Positions 1-11,499 of a stretch of DNA of 64,000 bases are shown one piece after another. The DNA is taken from assembly GCA_002269645.1 (NCBI GenBank), contig NIVC01002076.1, positions 1 to 64,000 of the forward strand, written 5' to 3'. The notes beneath the pieces are model-generated. The model was not told the origin of the DNA, did no database searches, and saw nothing but the letters and a program-made list of their open reading frames with translations. Numbering within the stretch: position 1 is the stretch's first letter; every line of letters starts with the position of its first letter. The stretch comes from Macrostomum lignano. Its lineage: Eukaryota. The translations under genes were made by a program, and so were the position numbers.

Positions 1-1500
1 TTTTCCCCCTACTACCCCGCATTCCCCCTCCAGCTTCCATCTTCTATCCTCTAGCCAACCCTTCAGCCCTATCCTTCCCTCTAACCCTACCCCACCCCCT
101 TTCCCTCCAGCCTACCCTCCTTCTCTGCAGCACCACCCTCCTACCCTCTAGCCCACCCTCCTTCTCTCTAGCCCACCCTCCTTCCCTCTAGCCCACCCTC
201 CCTTCCCTCTAGCCCTACCCTCCTTTCCCTCTAGCCCTACCCTCCTTTTCCTCCAGCCCCACTCTCCTTCCCTCCAGCCCCACTCTCCTTCCCTCCAGCC
301 CCACCCTCCTTCCCTCCAGCCCGACTCTCCTTCCCTCAAGCCCTGCCCTCTTCCCCTACTGCCCCACGCTCCCCTCCAGCTTCCATCCTCTTCTACCCTC
401 TAGCCCCACCCTCTTACCCTTCAGCCCCATCCTTCCCTCTAACCCTACCCCCTTTCCCTCCAGCCCTACCCTCCTTCCCTCCAGCCCTACCCTCCTTCCC
501 TCCAGCCCACTCTCCTTCCCTCCATCCCACCCTCCTTCCCTCTAGCCTGCCCTCCTCCTCGACTTTCCACCCTCCCTTCCAGCTTCACCCTCTCCTCCCT
601 CCAGGACCCACCCTCCCTCCTTCTAGCCCTACCCTCCTTCCCTCCAGCCCCACTCGCCTTCCCTCTAGCCCACCCTCCTTCCCTCTAGCCCTACCCTCCT
701 TCCCTCCAGCCCCACTCTCCTTCCCTCCAGCCCCACCCTCCTTCCCTCCAGCCCGACACTCCTTCCCTCCAGCCCCACTCTCCTTCCCTCAAGCCCCGCC
801 CTCTTCCTTTACTGCCCCACGCTCCCTCCAGCTTCCATCCTCTTCCCCTCTAGCCCCACCCTCTTACCCTTCCACCCCATCCTTCCCTCTAACCCTACCC
901 CTTTCCCTCCAGCCCCACTCGCCTTAGCTCCAGCCCCACCCTCCTCTCTAGCCCTACCCTCCTTTCCCTCAGCCACACCCTCCTTCCCTCCAGCCCTGCT
1001 CTCCTTTCCTCTAGCCCACTCTCCTTCCCTCCAGCCCCACTCTCCTTCCCTCCAGCCCCACCCTCCTTCCCTCCAGCCACACCCTCCTTCCCTCCAGCCC
1101 TGCTCTCCTTTCCTCTAGCCCCACTCTCCTTCCTCCAGCCCCACTCTCTTCCCTCCAGCCCCACCCTCCTTCCCTCCAGCCCTACCCTCCTTCTCTGCAG
1201 CACCACCCTCCTTCCCTCCAGCCCGACTCTCCTTCCCTCAAGCCCCGCCCTCTTCCCCTACTGCCCCACGCTCCCCTCTCAGCTTCCATCCTCTTCTACC
1301 CTCTAGCCCCACCCTCTTACCCTTTAGCCCCATCCTTCCTTCCAGCACCACCGCCTTCTTTCCCCAACCCCAACCTCTCCTCCCTCGAGTGCTCAGCCTC
1401 TCCTCCCCTCAAGTGCTCAGCCTCTCCTCCCCTCGAGTGCTCAGCCTCTCCTCCCCTCAAGTGCTCAGCCTCTCTCCCCTCCAGCCTCACCCTCTCCTCC
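1..1500 (+). repeat. Pyrimidine-rich degenerate tandem repeat (~21-bp core CCCTCCTTCCCTCCAGCCCCA)
   Basis: Almost pure C/T on the + strand with recurring CCAGCC/CTAGCC; includes a short CTCGAGTGCTCAGCCTCTCCTCCC subarray at ~1380-1480. Confidence 0.9.
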
Positions 1501-1729
1501 CCCAGCATGAACATCTTCGCCCCTACTGGCCCACCCTTCGCCCTGCAGTCCCCACCCTATTCTCCTTTTCAGCCTCACCCTTTTTTCGTAGCTTTGTTAA
1601 TTAAATTTAATTATCCGTTTTAGAAGTAAAAACGAATATTTCTCCTTCCTCTCTTCAGAATCTCCTCGATGGGGAGAAAAAAGATAAGGCCAAGGCAAAA
1701 CCTAACAATAGCAAACCAAGCAATGGAGA

Positions 1730-2290
1730 CAATGCTACGGAGGGCCTGCCAACAGGATGAGTACGGCTTTCTACTTCCTACCGAACAAACAGCCGCCAAT
1801 CGGAGAAGCGGCTGTCACTCCTGGGTTACGCCGACGACCTGCGCGCCCGCCTCTACGGCTGAGGGAGCCCCAGCGCATGCTAGACAGCCTGGTGGCAGCT
1901 GCGGCATCGGTCGGGCATCAACACCGAGAAGACGAGTGATGACTGTACCCGCGAGCTGCCTATCAAAATCACCTGCTGGGACGCCCGACGTTGTGCAGCA
2001 GCTCTACCTCGTTGCACCCTCGCTGCGACTACCAGCGAGACCTTCCGCAGGCGAAGACTTCAGCTGGTGGCCACACCATCCGCGTGGAGGCCTACTGTTC
2101 TCAACCATTGAACCAGTGCAGGACGTCCTGCTGCTCACGATGCAGGGCCTGGCGCCGGGATTACGGCGGGCGGGTCGCTACGCGGATTGCCTGCTGGATG
2201 ACGCTGGGTGATCGGCCAGGCGCACGCTGTTGTCGCTTTCAGAGAGTTAGCACTGAAAGAACTGATCTGACACTGCTCCCATTGTGAACT
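1730..2290 (+). mobile_element. Decayed non-LTR retrotransposon (RTE-like LINE) reverse transcriptase fragment
   Basis: Across frameshifts it reads EKRLSLLGYADDL (YADD at 1827-1838)...RMLDSLVAAAASVG...RRRRLQLVGHTIRVE...DVLLLTMQG...RYADCLLDDAG, i.e. RT catalytic and C-terminal motifs. The clade call is from motif recall only. Confidence 0.8.
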
Positions 2291-3204
2291 GTTACTCTTA
2301 ACTCAACCTTGCCTTGTTGTTTTCTCTTCAGAATAATTTGCCCAGCTGCAAACTGTGATGGTGCATATCTCGTACTCGCGATTAAAAAAATCTTATACTT
2401 CTTACTGTTTCACTGATTTAATTCCGAACCAACCAGGAAAACAAATTTATTTTTAATTCCGTGCATTTTTCTTGTGCTTTACTTTTACTGATCGTGTTAG
2501 TGCTATTTATTGTGTGTAATATTATCGAAAAATTCAATTTCCGATGTCATTATTTAGGAACTTCCGCTGTGCTGTATTAAAACTATATAGTACTTCCGCA
2601 TGCACTGACGTAGCATTGCGCCAATAATTTTACATTGCGTGACGCAGGCGCCTAAACCAATCTTTTGTTGAATGCTACTAGCATAATAATCCTTTGAAAT
2701 ACATTGTATTGCTATACTGCATTGCTTTTGATGATCTAAACGAGACTAGCTAGACTCCTCACTGATCCATACGAGTATGCTCCTCAGTCCTCAAGCGAAC
2801 TACGAGTATATGGAAACGAGAGCAGATTGAGCTAGCAGCAAACTTAGTATTTGATCTTCGGATCACGGATAGAATCAAGAAAATGTAGATCTGGCACTTA
2901 CACAAAAGTCCTTGATTTAATGGAATACAGCAATTTTCAATCTGTCACTTTTTCAACTTCAACTTTTTTAAATTTGGATTGGCGCAAGTCTCCTTTACAT
3001 CGTCAAAAGCAATACTGGTTCCAATCAAGAGAATGATTTGTTGATAACTGTATTTCACTCTTTGAGCTGAACGCTGTGTTTGACCATTATTTTGTTGGTG
3101 TACAGCGTGCAACAGATCGCATGAATTGGTAAATTTCCTTTCATGCGCTCCTTTCATCCTATAATTCTGGTAGGGGGCGCTGCTGTTGCAAAGAGCGGCG
3201 GTGG

Positions 3205-4770
3205 ATAGCGGAGCTGTTGCAGGAGCTGCGGCAGATAGCGGAGCTGTTGCAGGAGCTGCGGCAGATAGCGGAGCTGTTGCAGGAGCTGCGGCAGATAGCG
3301 GAGCTGTTGCAGGAGCTGCGGCAGATAGCGGAGCTGTTGCAGGAGCTGCGGCAGATAGCGGAGCTGTTGCAGGAGCTGCGGCAGATAGCGGAGCTGTTGC
3401 AGGAGCTGCGGCAGATAGCGGAGCTGTTGCAGGAGCTGCGGCAGATAGCGGAGCTGTTGCAGGAGCTGCGGCAGATAGCGGAGCTGTTGCAGGAGCTGCG
3501 GCAGATAGCGGAGCTGTTACAGGAGCTGCGGCAGATAGCGGAGCTGTTACAGGAGCTGCGGCAGATAGCGGAGCTGTTGCAGGAGCTGCGGCAGATAGCG
3601 GAGCTGTTGCAGGAGCTGCGGCAGATAGCGGAGCTGTTGCAGGAGCTGCGGCAGATAGCGGAGCTGTTACAGGAGCTGCGGCAGATAGCGGAGCTGTTAC
3701 AGGAGCTGCGGCAGATAGCGGAGCTGTTACAGGAGCTGCGGCAGATAGCGGAGCTGTTGCAGGAGCTGCGGCAGATAGCGGAGCTGTTACAGGAGCTGCG
3801 GCAGATAGCGGAGCTGTTACAGGAGCTGCGGCAGATAGCGGAGCTGTTGCAGGAGCTGCGGCAGATAGCGGAGCTGTTGCAGGAGCTGCGGCAGATAGCG
3901 GAGCTGTTACAGGAGCTGCGGCAGATAGCGGAGCTGTTACAGGAGCTGCGGCAGATAGCGGAGCTGTTACAGGAGCTGCGGCAGATAGCGGAGCTGTTAC
4001 AGGAGCTGCGGCAGATAGCGGAGCTGTTACAGGAGCTGCGGCAGATAGCGGAGCTGTTACAGGAGCTGCGGCAGATAGCGGAGCTGTTGCAGGAGCTGCG
4101 GCAGATAGCGGAGCTGTTGCAGGAGCTGCGGCAGATAGCGGAGCTGTTGCAGGAGCTGCGGCAGATAGCGGAGCTGTTACAGGAGCTGCGGCAGATAGCG
4201 GAGCTGTTACAGGAGCTGCGGCAGATAGCGGAGCTGTTACAGGAGCTGCGGCAGATAGCGGAGCTGTTGCAGGAGCTGCGGCAGATAGCGGAGCTGTTGC
4301 AGGAGCTGCGGCAGATAGCGGAGCTGTTGCAGGAGCTGCGGCAGATAGCGGAGCTGTTGCAGGAGCTGCGGCAGATAGCGGAGCTGTTGCAGGAGCTGCG
4401 GCAGATAGCGGAGCTGTTACAGGAGCTGCGGCAGATAGCGGAGCTGTTGCAGGAGCTGCGGCAGATAGCGGAGCTGTTGCAGGAGCTGCGGCAGATAGCG
4501 GAGCTGTTGCAGGAGCTGCGGCAGATAGCGGAGCTGTTGCAGGAGCTGCGGCAGATAGCGGAGCTGTTGCAGGAGCTGCGGCAGATAGCGGAGCTGTTGC
4601 AGGAGCTGCGGCAGATAGCGGAGCTGTTGCAGGAGCTGCGGCAGATAGCGGAGCTGTTACAGGAGCTGCGGCAGATAGCGGAGCTGTTACAGGAGCTGCG
4701 GCAGATAGCGGAGCTGTTACAGGAGCTGCGGCAGATAGCGGAGCTGTTACAGGAGCGGCGGCAGATAGCA
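3205..4770 (+). repeat. 30-bp minisatellite GATAGCGGAGCTGTT(G/A)CAGGAGCTGCGGCA, ~52 units
   Basis: Exact 30-bp period; about 21 units carry the A variant. Confidence 0.98.
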
Positions 4771-5889
4771 GATTTACTCGTATCCCAAAAATATTCGCCT
4801 TTAAAATTGCATACAGTGTTTGAAAAAATCAATTGTGGAGTTTTAGATGCTTGAATCAATTTTGCTTAAGCCAGTGGCGTTTGCCGTACATGCCGTTCAA
4901 TCTTTTTGTACATAAGGCCAAGCATAATTCTCAAATGGTAGATTTATCGCTTGGTTTCAAGTGCGTTAAGTCCTGTCACGAGTGCGCATAGCCTCCTCGC
5001 CTGTGTGGAGTTTTATTAGCCATTGATGAGGCTCCATGACCAGTAGCGCACTTGATCCAGTAATCTTTACGCACGAATTAAGGAATCTTAAAAACGAATA
5101 ACCAATTAAGAAATTTATTTGCGAAGCTGTTTTCTGATTTAGACAAGCGTATAGACATTTAGAGGAATTGGAACTTACCATACTGCTAAGGAAAGGGAAA
5201 ACAGCTTGTCTGCATGGAGTTCTCACAGGAAGCTGGAGTTTTACCATAAGACTATAAGAGATATACATGTAAAGAGACGAAGAGTGGGGACTAAAATTTT
5301 GAGTTGGTCCAGGAAGAAGAGGTGACGAGAAGGACGACAAGAGCTGAAAATGTCTCTAACCACTACAGATCGACTAAGGCTTTAGACTGGCATGGAGTGA
5401 CGGCGCTGGTTGATGAGCACTGGCTGTCTCCGGCGATTTTTTGACGAAGATCACAGGCAAACAATTCAAATAGACTTTTGGATTACCGGAGATTGATGGA
5501 GCTGGCTAAGAAGAAGCTGTACTGGTGGAGTTGACAAGAATATTTGCGCTCAGTAACTCGAGAAGACCAGCTGAATTGAAGGGACAAAGCGAGAAGATCG
5601 TTCTTTATTTGGGCCTCTTTTGGAAGCTTGCTTCTGCGCACATACAGCCATGACCTGACCTGAAGGACCTGACAAGATGTAAGAAAGGTCTACTAGCTAC
5701 ATTTAGATGCCGGCGTCAAATTTCTCTACATAACAGCACCAACGGAACCTTGTTCCAGATAATGACCTGTGCCCCAACATTCTCAATGAGTGCCAGTCCA
5801 ATCGCGTCTCCACCGAAGGAATTGCCAATCTGAGATAACGCTACACTCCCGTAGCTATCGTATCACGCGATATATCCTCAATGACCACT

Positions 5890-6260
5890 GCTGGAACCCT
5901 GGGTGAGCTCCACTGCTACCTGCACTGACGGTTCAAAGCAGTCAATCAACACCGGCTTTGATGTTGGGATCTTTCTGAACGGGAGGGTTTCGCAACCAAC
6001 GCTCAGTACACTGAGGTCAACTCCAGTGTTTTCCAAAATGAATTAGTTCTCGCCATCAGCTCCTGCACTGCAGAGCTTCTCGCCACTGGCGTAACCGGTA
6101 AGAGCATAACCGAAACCGGCCTTGTAGACTTGGCATGGCATCTGTGGCTGCAGCGTCAATTCTAAAACATTCCTTGACATGTTGGGTTCCACCAACGAAT
6201 TTACTCTTCACTGGGTTCCGGGGCATGTGCAGGAGCGGTGGAAGATAGCAGAGCTGTTGC
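5890..6260 (+). mobile_element. Degenerate retrotransposon RNase H fragment (non-LTR type)
   Basis: TDGSK (5924-5938), SVFQNE-L-LAI and LHWVPGHV (WVPGHV at 6212-6229) motifs in the correct order, broken by frameshifts. Confidence 0.75.
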
Positions 6261-6574
6261 AAGGAGCTGCAGCGGTGGTAGATAGTGGAGCATGGCCGGC
6301 AGGGCGGGAGCGAAGAGTAGAAGTGGCAGGCTGCAGAAGCTTTTTGTTGTTTTGCATGGCTGCTAAACATGTAAATGCTGAAGTTAATTATGATAAATTG
6401 AGTACATGTGCGTGTGAGATGTGCTTTTTATTAGCCATAAACGGTATGCAGTATGTACAGTACAGCTACATTAGCATACATATATATTGTAGTTCAATAA
6501 CATTTTGACTCAAACGAGTCCGGCGTTCGAGTCACGACGATGTGCCATTTTTTTAATTTATTTAGTCTCCAGAC

Positions 6575-6760
6575 CACAAGTCCTCAAGGATACGGTACAA
6601 GATCAAGGAAGCTGGCTGCTGCCTCTGGATGTCTGGATGTCCACTCGACCCAGTTCCATATATTCTATATCGGATTGAGGTCTGGTGACTGTGCTGGCCA
6701 GTCCATGGTGCGAATGTTGTTCTCAGCTATGCTCGGCTATGCGCACTCGTGACAGGACTT
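6575..6760 (-). mobile_element. Tc1/mariner transposase C-terminal fragment, inactivated
   Basis: Minus strand reads AENNIRTMDWPAQSPDLNPI*NIWNWVE, the Tc1 WPxxSPDLNPIENxW motif with the catalytic Glu replaced by TAG; downstream ...LYRILEDLWSG. Confidence 0.85.
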
Positions 6761-6957
6761 AACGCACTTGAAACCAAGCGATAAATCTACCATTTGAGAA
6801 TTATGCTTGGCCTTATGTACAAAAAGATTGAACGGCATGTACGGCAAACGCCACTGGCTTAAGCAAAATTGATTCAAGCATCTAAAACTCCACAATTGAT
6901 TTTTTCAAACACTGTATGCAATTTTAAAGGCGAATATTTTTGGGATACGAGTAAATC

Positions 6958-9787
6958 TGCTATCTGCCGCAGCTCCTGTAACAGCTCCGCTATCTGCCGC
7001 AGCTCCTGCAACAGCTCCGCTATCTGCCGCAGCTCCTGCAACAGCTCCGCTATCTGCCGCAGCTCCTGCAACAGCTCCGCTATCTGCCGCAGCTCCTGCA
7101 ACAGCTCCGCTATCTGCCGCAGCTCCTGCAACAGCTCCGCTATCTGCCGCAGCTCCTGCAACAGCTCCGCTATCTGCCGCAGCTCCTGCAACAGCTCCGC
7201 TATCTGCCGCAGCTCCTGCAACAGCTCCGCTATCTGCCGCAGCTCCTGCAACAGCTCCGCTATCTGCCGCAGCTCCTGCAACAGCTCCGCTATCTGCCGC
7301 AGCTCCTGCAACAGCTCCGCTATCTGCCGCAGCTCCTGCAACAGCTCCGCTATCTGCCGCAGCTCCTGCAACAGCTCCGCTATCTGCCGCAGCTCCTGCA
7401 ACAGCTCCGCTATCTGCCGCAGCTCCTGCAACAGCTCCGCTATCTGCCGCAGCTCCTGCAACAGCTCCGCTATCTGCCGCAGCTCCTGCAACAGCTCCGC
7501 TATCTGCCGCAGCTCCTGCAACAGCTCCGCTATCTGCCGCAGCTCCTGCAACAGCTCCGCTATCTGCCGCAGCTCCTGCAACAGCTCCGCTATCTGCCGC
7601 AGCTCCTGCAACAGCTCCGCTATCTGCCGCAGCTCCTGCAACAGCTCCGCTATCTGCCGCAGCTCCTGCAACAGCTCCGCTATCTGCCGCAGCTCCTGCA
7701 ACAGCTCCGCTATCTGCCGCAGCTCCTGCAACAGCTCCGCTATCTGCCGCAGCTCCTGCAACAGCTCCGCTATCTGCCGCAGCTCCTGCAACAGCTCCGC
7801 TATCTGCCGCAGCTCCTGCAACAGCTCCGCTATCTGCCGCAGCTCCTGCAACAGCTCCGCTATCTGCCGCAGCTCCTGCAACAGCTCCGCTATCTGCCGC
7901 AGCTCCTGCAACAGCTCCGCTATCTGCCGCAGCTCCTGCAACAGCTCCGCTATCTGCCGCAGCTCCTGCAACAGCTCCGCTATCTGCCGCAGCTCCTGCA
8001 ACAGCTCCGCTATCTGCCGCAGCTCCTGCAACAGCTCCGCTATCTGCCGCAGCTCCTGCAACAGCTCCGCTATCTGCCGCAGCTCCTGCAACAGCTCCGC
8101 TATCTGCCGCAGCTCCTGCAACAGCTCCGCTATCTGCCGCAGCTCCTGCAACAGCTCCGCTATCTGCCGCAGCTCCTGCAACAGCTCCGCTATCTGCCGC
8201 AGCTCCTGCAACAGCTCCGCTATCTGCCGCAGCTCCTGCAACAGCTCCGCTATCTGCCGCAGCTCCTGCAACAGCTCCGCTATCTGCCGCAGCTCCTGCA
8301 ACAGCTCCGCTATCTGCCGCAGCTCCTGTAACAGCTCCGCTATCTGCCGCAGCTCCTGCAACAGCTCCGCTATCTGCCGCAGCTCCTGCAACAGCTCCGC
8401 TATCTGCCGCAGCTCCTGCAACAGCTCCGCTATCTGCCGCAGCTCCTGCAACAGCTCCGCTATCTGCCGCAGCTCCTGCAACAGCTCCGCTATCTGCCGC
8501 AGCTCCTGCAACAGCTCCGCTATCTGCCGCAGCTCCTGCAACAGCTCCGCTATCTGCCGCAGCTCCTGCAACAGCTCCGCTATCTGCCGCAGCTCCTGCA
8601 ACAGCTCCGCTATCTGCCGCAGCTCCTGCAACAGCTCCGCTATCTGCCGCAGCTCCTGCAACAGCTCCGCTATCTGCCGCAGCTCCTGCAACAGCTCCGC
8701 TATCTGCCGCAGCTCCTGCAACAGCTCCGCTATCTGCCGCAGCTCCTGCAACAGCTCCGCTATCTGCCGCAGCTCCTGCAACAGCTCCGCTATCTGCCGC
8801 AGCTCCTGCAACAGCTCCGCTATCTGCCGCAGCTCCTGCAACAGCTCCGCTATCTGCCGCAGCTCCTGCAACAGCTCCGCTATCTGCCGCAGCTCCTGCA
8901 ACAGCTCCGCTATCTGCCGCAGCTCCTGCAACAGCTCCGCTATCTGCCGCAGCTCCTGCAACAGCTCCGCTATCTGCCGCAGCTCCTGCAACAGCTCCGC
9001 TATCTGCCGCAGCTCCTGCAACAGCTCCGCTATCTGCCGCAGCTCCTGCAACAGCTCCGCTATCTGCCGCAGCTCCTGCAACAGCTCCGCTATCTGCCGC
9101 AGCTCCTGCAACAGCTCCGCTATCTGCCGCAGCTCCTGCAACAGCTCCGCTATCTGCCGCAGCTCCTGCAACAGCTCCGCTATCTGCCGCAGCTCCTGCA
9201 ACAGCTCCGCTATCTGCCGCAGCTCCTGCAACAGCTCCGCTATCTGCCGCAGCTCCTGCAACAGCTCCGCTATCTGCCGCAGCTCCTGCAACAGCTCCGC
9301 TATCTGCCGCAGCTCCTGCAACAGCTCCGCTATCTGCCGCAGCTCCTGCAACAGCTCCGCTATCTGCCGCAGCTCCTGCAACAGCTCCGCTATCTGCCGC
9401 AGCTCCTGCAACAGCTCCGCTATCTGCCGCAGCTCCTGCAACAGCTCCGCTATCTGCCGCAGCTCCTGCAACAGCTCCGCTATCTGCCGCAGCTCCTGCA
9501 ACAGCTCCGCTATCTGCCGCAGCTCCTGCAACAGCTCCGCTATCTGCCGCAGCTCCTGCAACAGCTCCGCTATCTGCCGCAGCTCCTGCAACAGCTCCGC
9601 TATCTGCCGCAGCTCCTGCAACAGCTCCGCTATCTGCCGCAGCTCCTGCAACAGCTCCGCTATCTGCCGCAGCTCCTGCAACAGCTCCGCTATCTGCCGC
9701 AGCTCCTGCAACAGCTCCGCTATCTGCCGCAGCTCCTGCAACAGCTCCGCTATCTGCCGCAGCTCCTGCAACAGCTCCGCTATCCAC
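6958..9787 (-). repeat. 30-bp minisatellite, ~94 units (arm B)
   Basis: Same unit reversed; only 2 units (near 6979 and 8329) carry the variant base. Confidence 0.98.
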
Positions 9788-10689
9788 CGCCGCTCTTTGC
9801 AACAGCAGCGCCCCCTACCAGAATTATAGGATGAAAGGAGCGCATGAAAGGAAATTTACCAATTCATGCGATCTGTTGCACGCTGTACACCAACAAAATA
9901 ATGGTCAAACACAGCGTTCAGCTCAAAGAGTGAAATACAGTTATCAACAAATCATTCTCTTGGATTGGAACCAGTATTGCTTTTGACGATGTAAAGGAGA
10001 CTTGCGCCAATCCAAATTTAAAAAAGTTGAAGTTGAAAAAGTGACAGATTGAAAATTGCTGTATTCCATTAAATCAAGGACTTTTGTGTAAGTGCCAGAT
10101 CTACATTTTCTTGATTCTATCCGTGATCCGAAGATCAAATACTAAGTTTGCTGCTAGCTCAATCTGCTCTCGTTTCCATATACTCGTAGTTCGCTTGAGG
10201 ACTGAGGAGCATACTCGTATGGATCAGTGAGGAGTCTAGCTAGTCTCGTTTAGATCATCAAAAGCAATGCAGTATAGCAATACAATGTATTTCAAAGGAT
10301 TATTATGCTAGTAGCATTCAACAAAAGATTGGTTTAGGCGCCTGCGTCACGCAATGTAAAATTATTGGCGCAATGCTACGTCAGTGCATGCGGAAGTACT
10401 ATATAGTTTTAATACAGCACAGCGGAAGTTCCTAAATAATGACATCGGAAATTGAATTTTTCGATAATATTACACACAATAAATAGCACTAACACCGATC
10501 AGTAAAAGTAAAGCACAAGAAAAATGCACGGAATTAAAAATAAATTTGTTTTCCTGGTTGGTTCGGAATTAAATCAGTGAAACAGTAAGAAGTATAAGAT
10601 TTTTTAATCGCGAGTACGAGATATGCACCATCACAGTTTGCAGCTGGGCAAATTATTCTGAAGAGAAAACAACAAGGCAAGGTTGAGTT

Positions 10690-11270
10690 AAGAGTAACAG
10701 TTCACAATGGGAGGCAGTGTCAGATCAGTTCTTTCAGTGCTAACTCTCTGAAAGCGACAACAGCGTGCGCCTGGCCGATCACCCAGCGTCATCCAGCAGG
10801 CAATCCGCGTAGCGACCCGCCCGGCCGTAATCCCGGCGCCAGGGGCCCTGCATCGTGAGCAGCAGGACGTCCTGCACTGGTTCAATGGTTGAGAACAGTA
10901 GGCCTCCACGCGGATGGTGTGGCCCACCAGCTGAAGTCTTCGCCTGCGGAAGGTCTCGCTGGGTAGTCGCAGCGAGGGTGCAACGAGGTAGAGCTGCTGC
11001 ACAACCGTCGGGCGTCCCAGCAGGTGATTTTGATAGGCAGCTCCGCGGGTACAGTCATCACCTCGTCTTCTCGGTGTTGATGCCCGACCGATGCCGCAGC
11101 TGCCACCAGGCTGTCTAGCATGCGCTGGGGCTCCCTCAGCCGTAGAGGCGGGCAGCGCCAGGTCGTCGGCGTAACCCAGGAGTGACAGCCGCTTCTCCGA
11201 TTGGCGGCTGTTTGTTCGGTAGGAAGTAGAAAGCCGTACTCATCCTGTTGGCAGGGCCCTCCGTAGCATT
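10690..11270 (-). mobile_element. Same LINE RT fragment in arm B
   Basis: YADD codons at 11162-11173 on the minus strand; frameshifted. Confidence 0.8.
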
Positions 11271-11499
11271 GTCTCCATTGCTTGGTTTGCTATTGTTAGG
11301 TTTTGCCTTGGCCTTATCTTTTTCTCCCCATCGAGGAGATTCTGAAGAGAGGAAGGAGAAATATTCGTTTTTACTTCTAAAACGGATAATTAAATTTAAT
11401 TAACAAAGCTACGAAAAAAGGGTGAGGCTGAAAAGGAGAATAGGGTGGGGACTGCAGGGGCGAAGGGTGGGCCAGTAGGGGCGAAGATGTTCATGCTGG

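Larger units (their letters stand above)
1..4993 (+). repeat. Large repeat arm A (left-truncated by the window); direct copy of arm C and inverted copy of arm B
   Basis: Position 1 aligns to ~60420 of arm C. The 3' end ...CCTGTCACGAGTGCGCATAGCC (4993) is the reverse complement of 6735 onward. Differs from B/C mainly by 1-bp indels. Confidence 0.95.

Noticed and set aside
3159-9829. Long ORFs (SSCNSSAICR)n and (AAADSGAVAG)n as Cys-rich or antifreeze-like proteins
   Set aside because: Alternative frames of one 30-bp repeat; they begin at non-ATG codons, and the variant base is non-synonymous in the Ala frame. Only the spliced QELRQIAELL frame is kept, as a low-confidence hypothesis.
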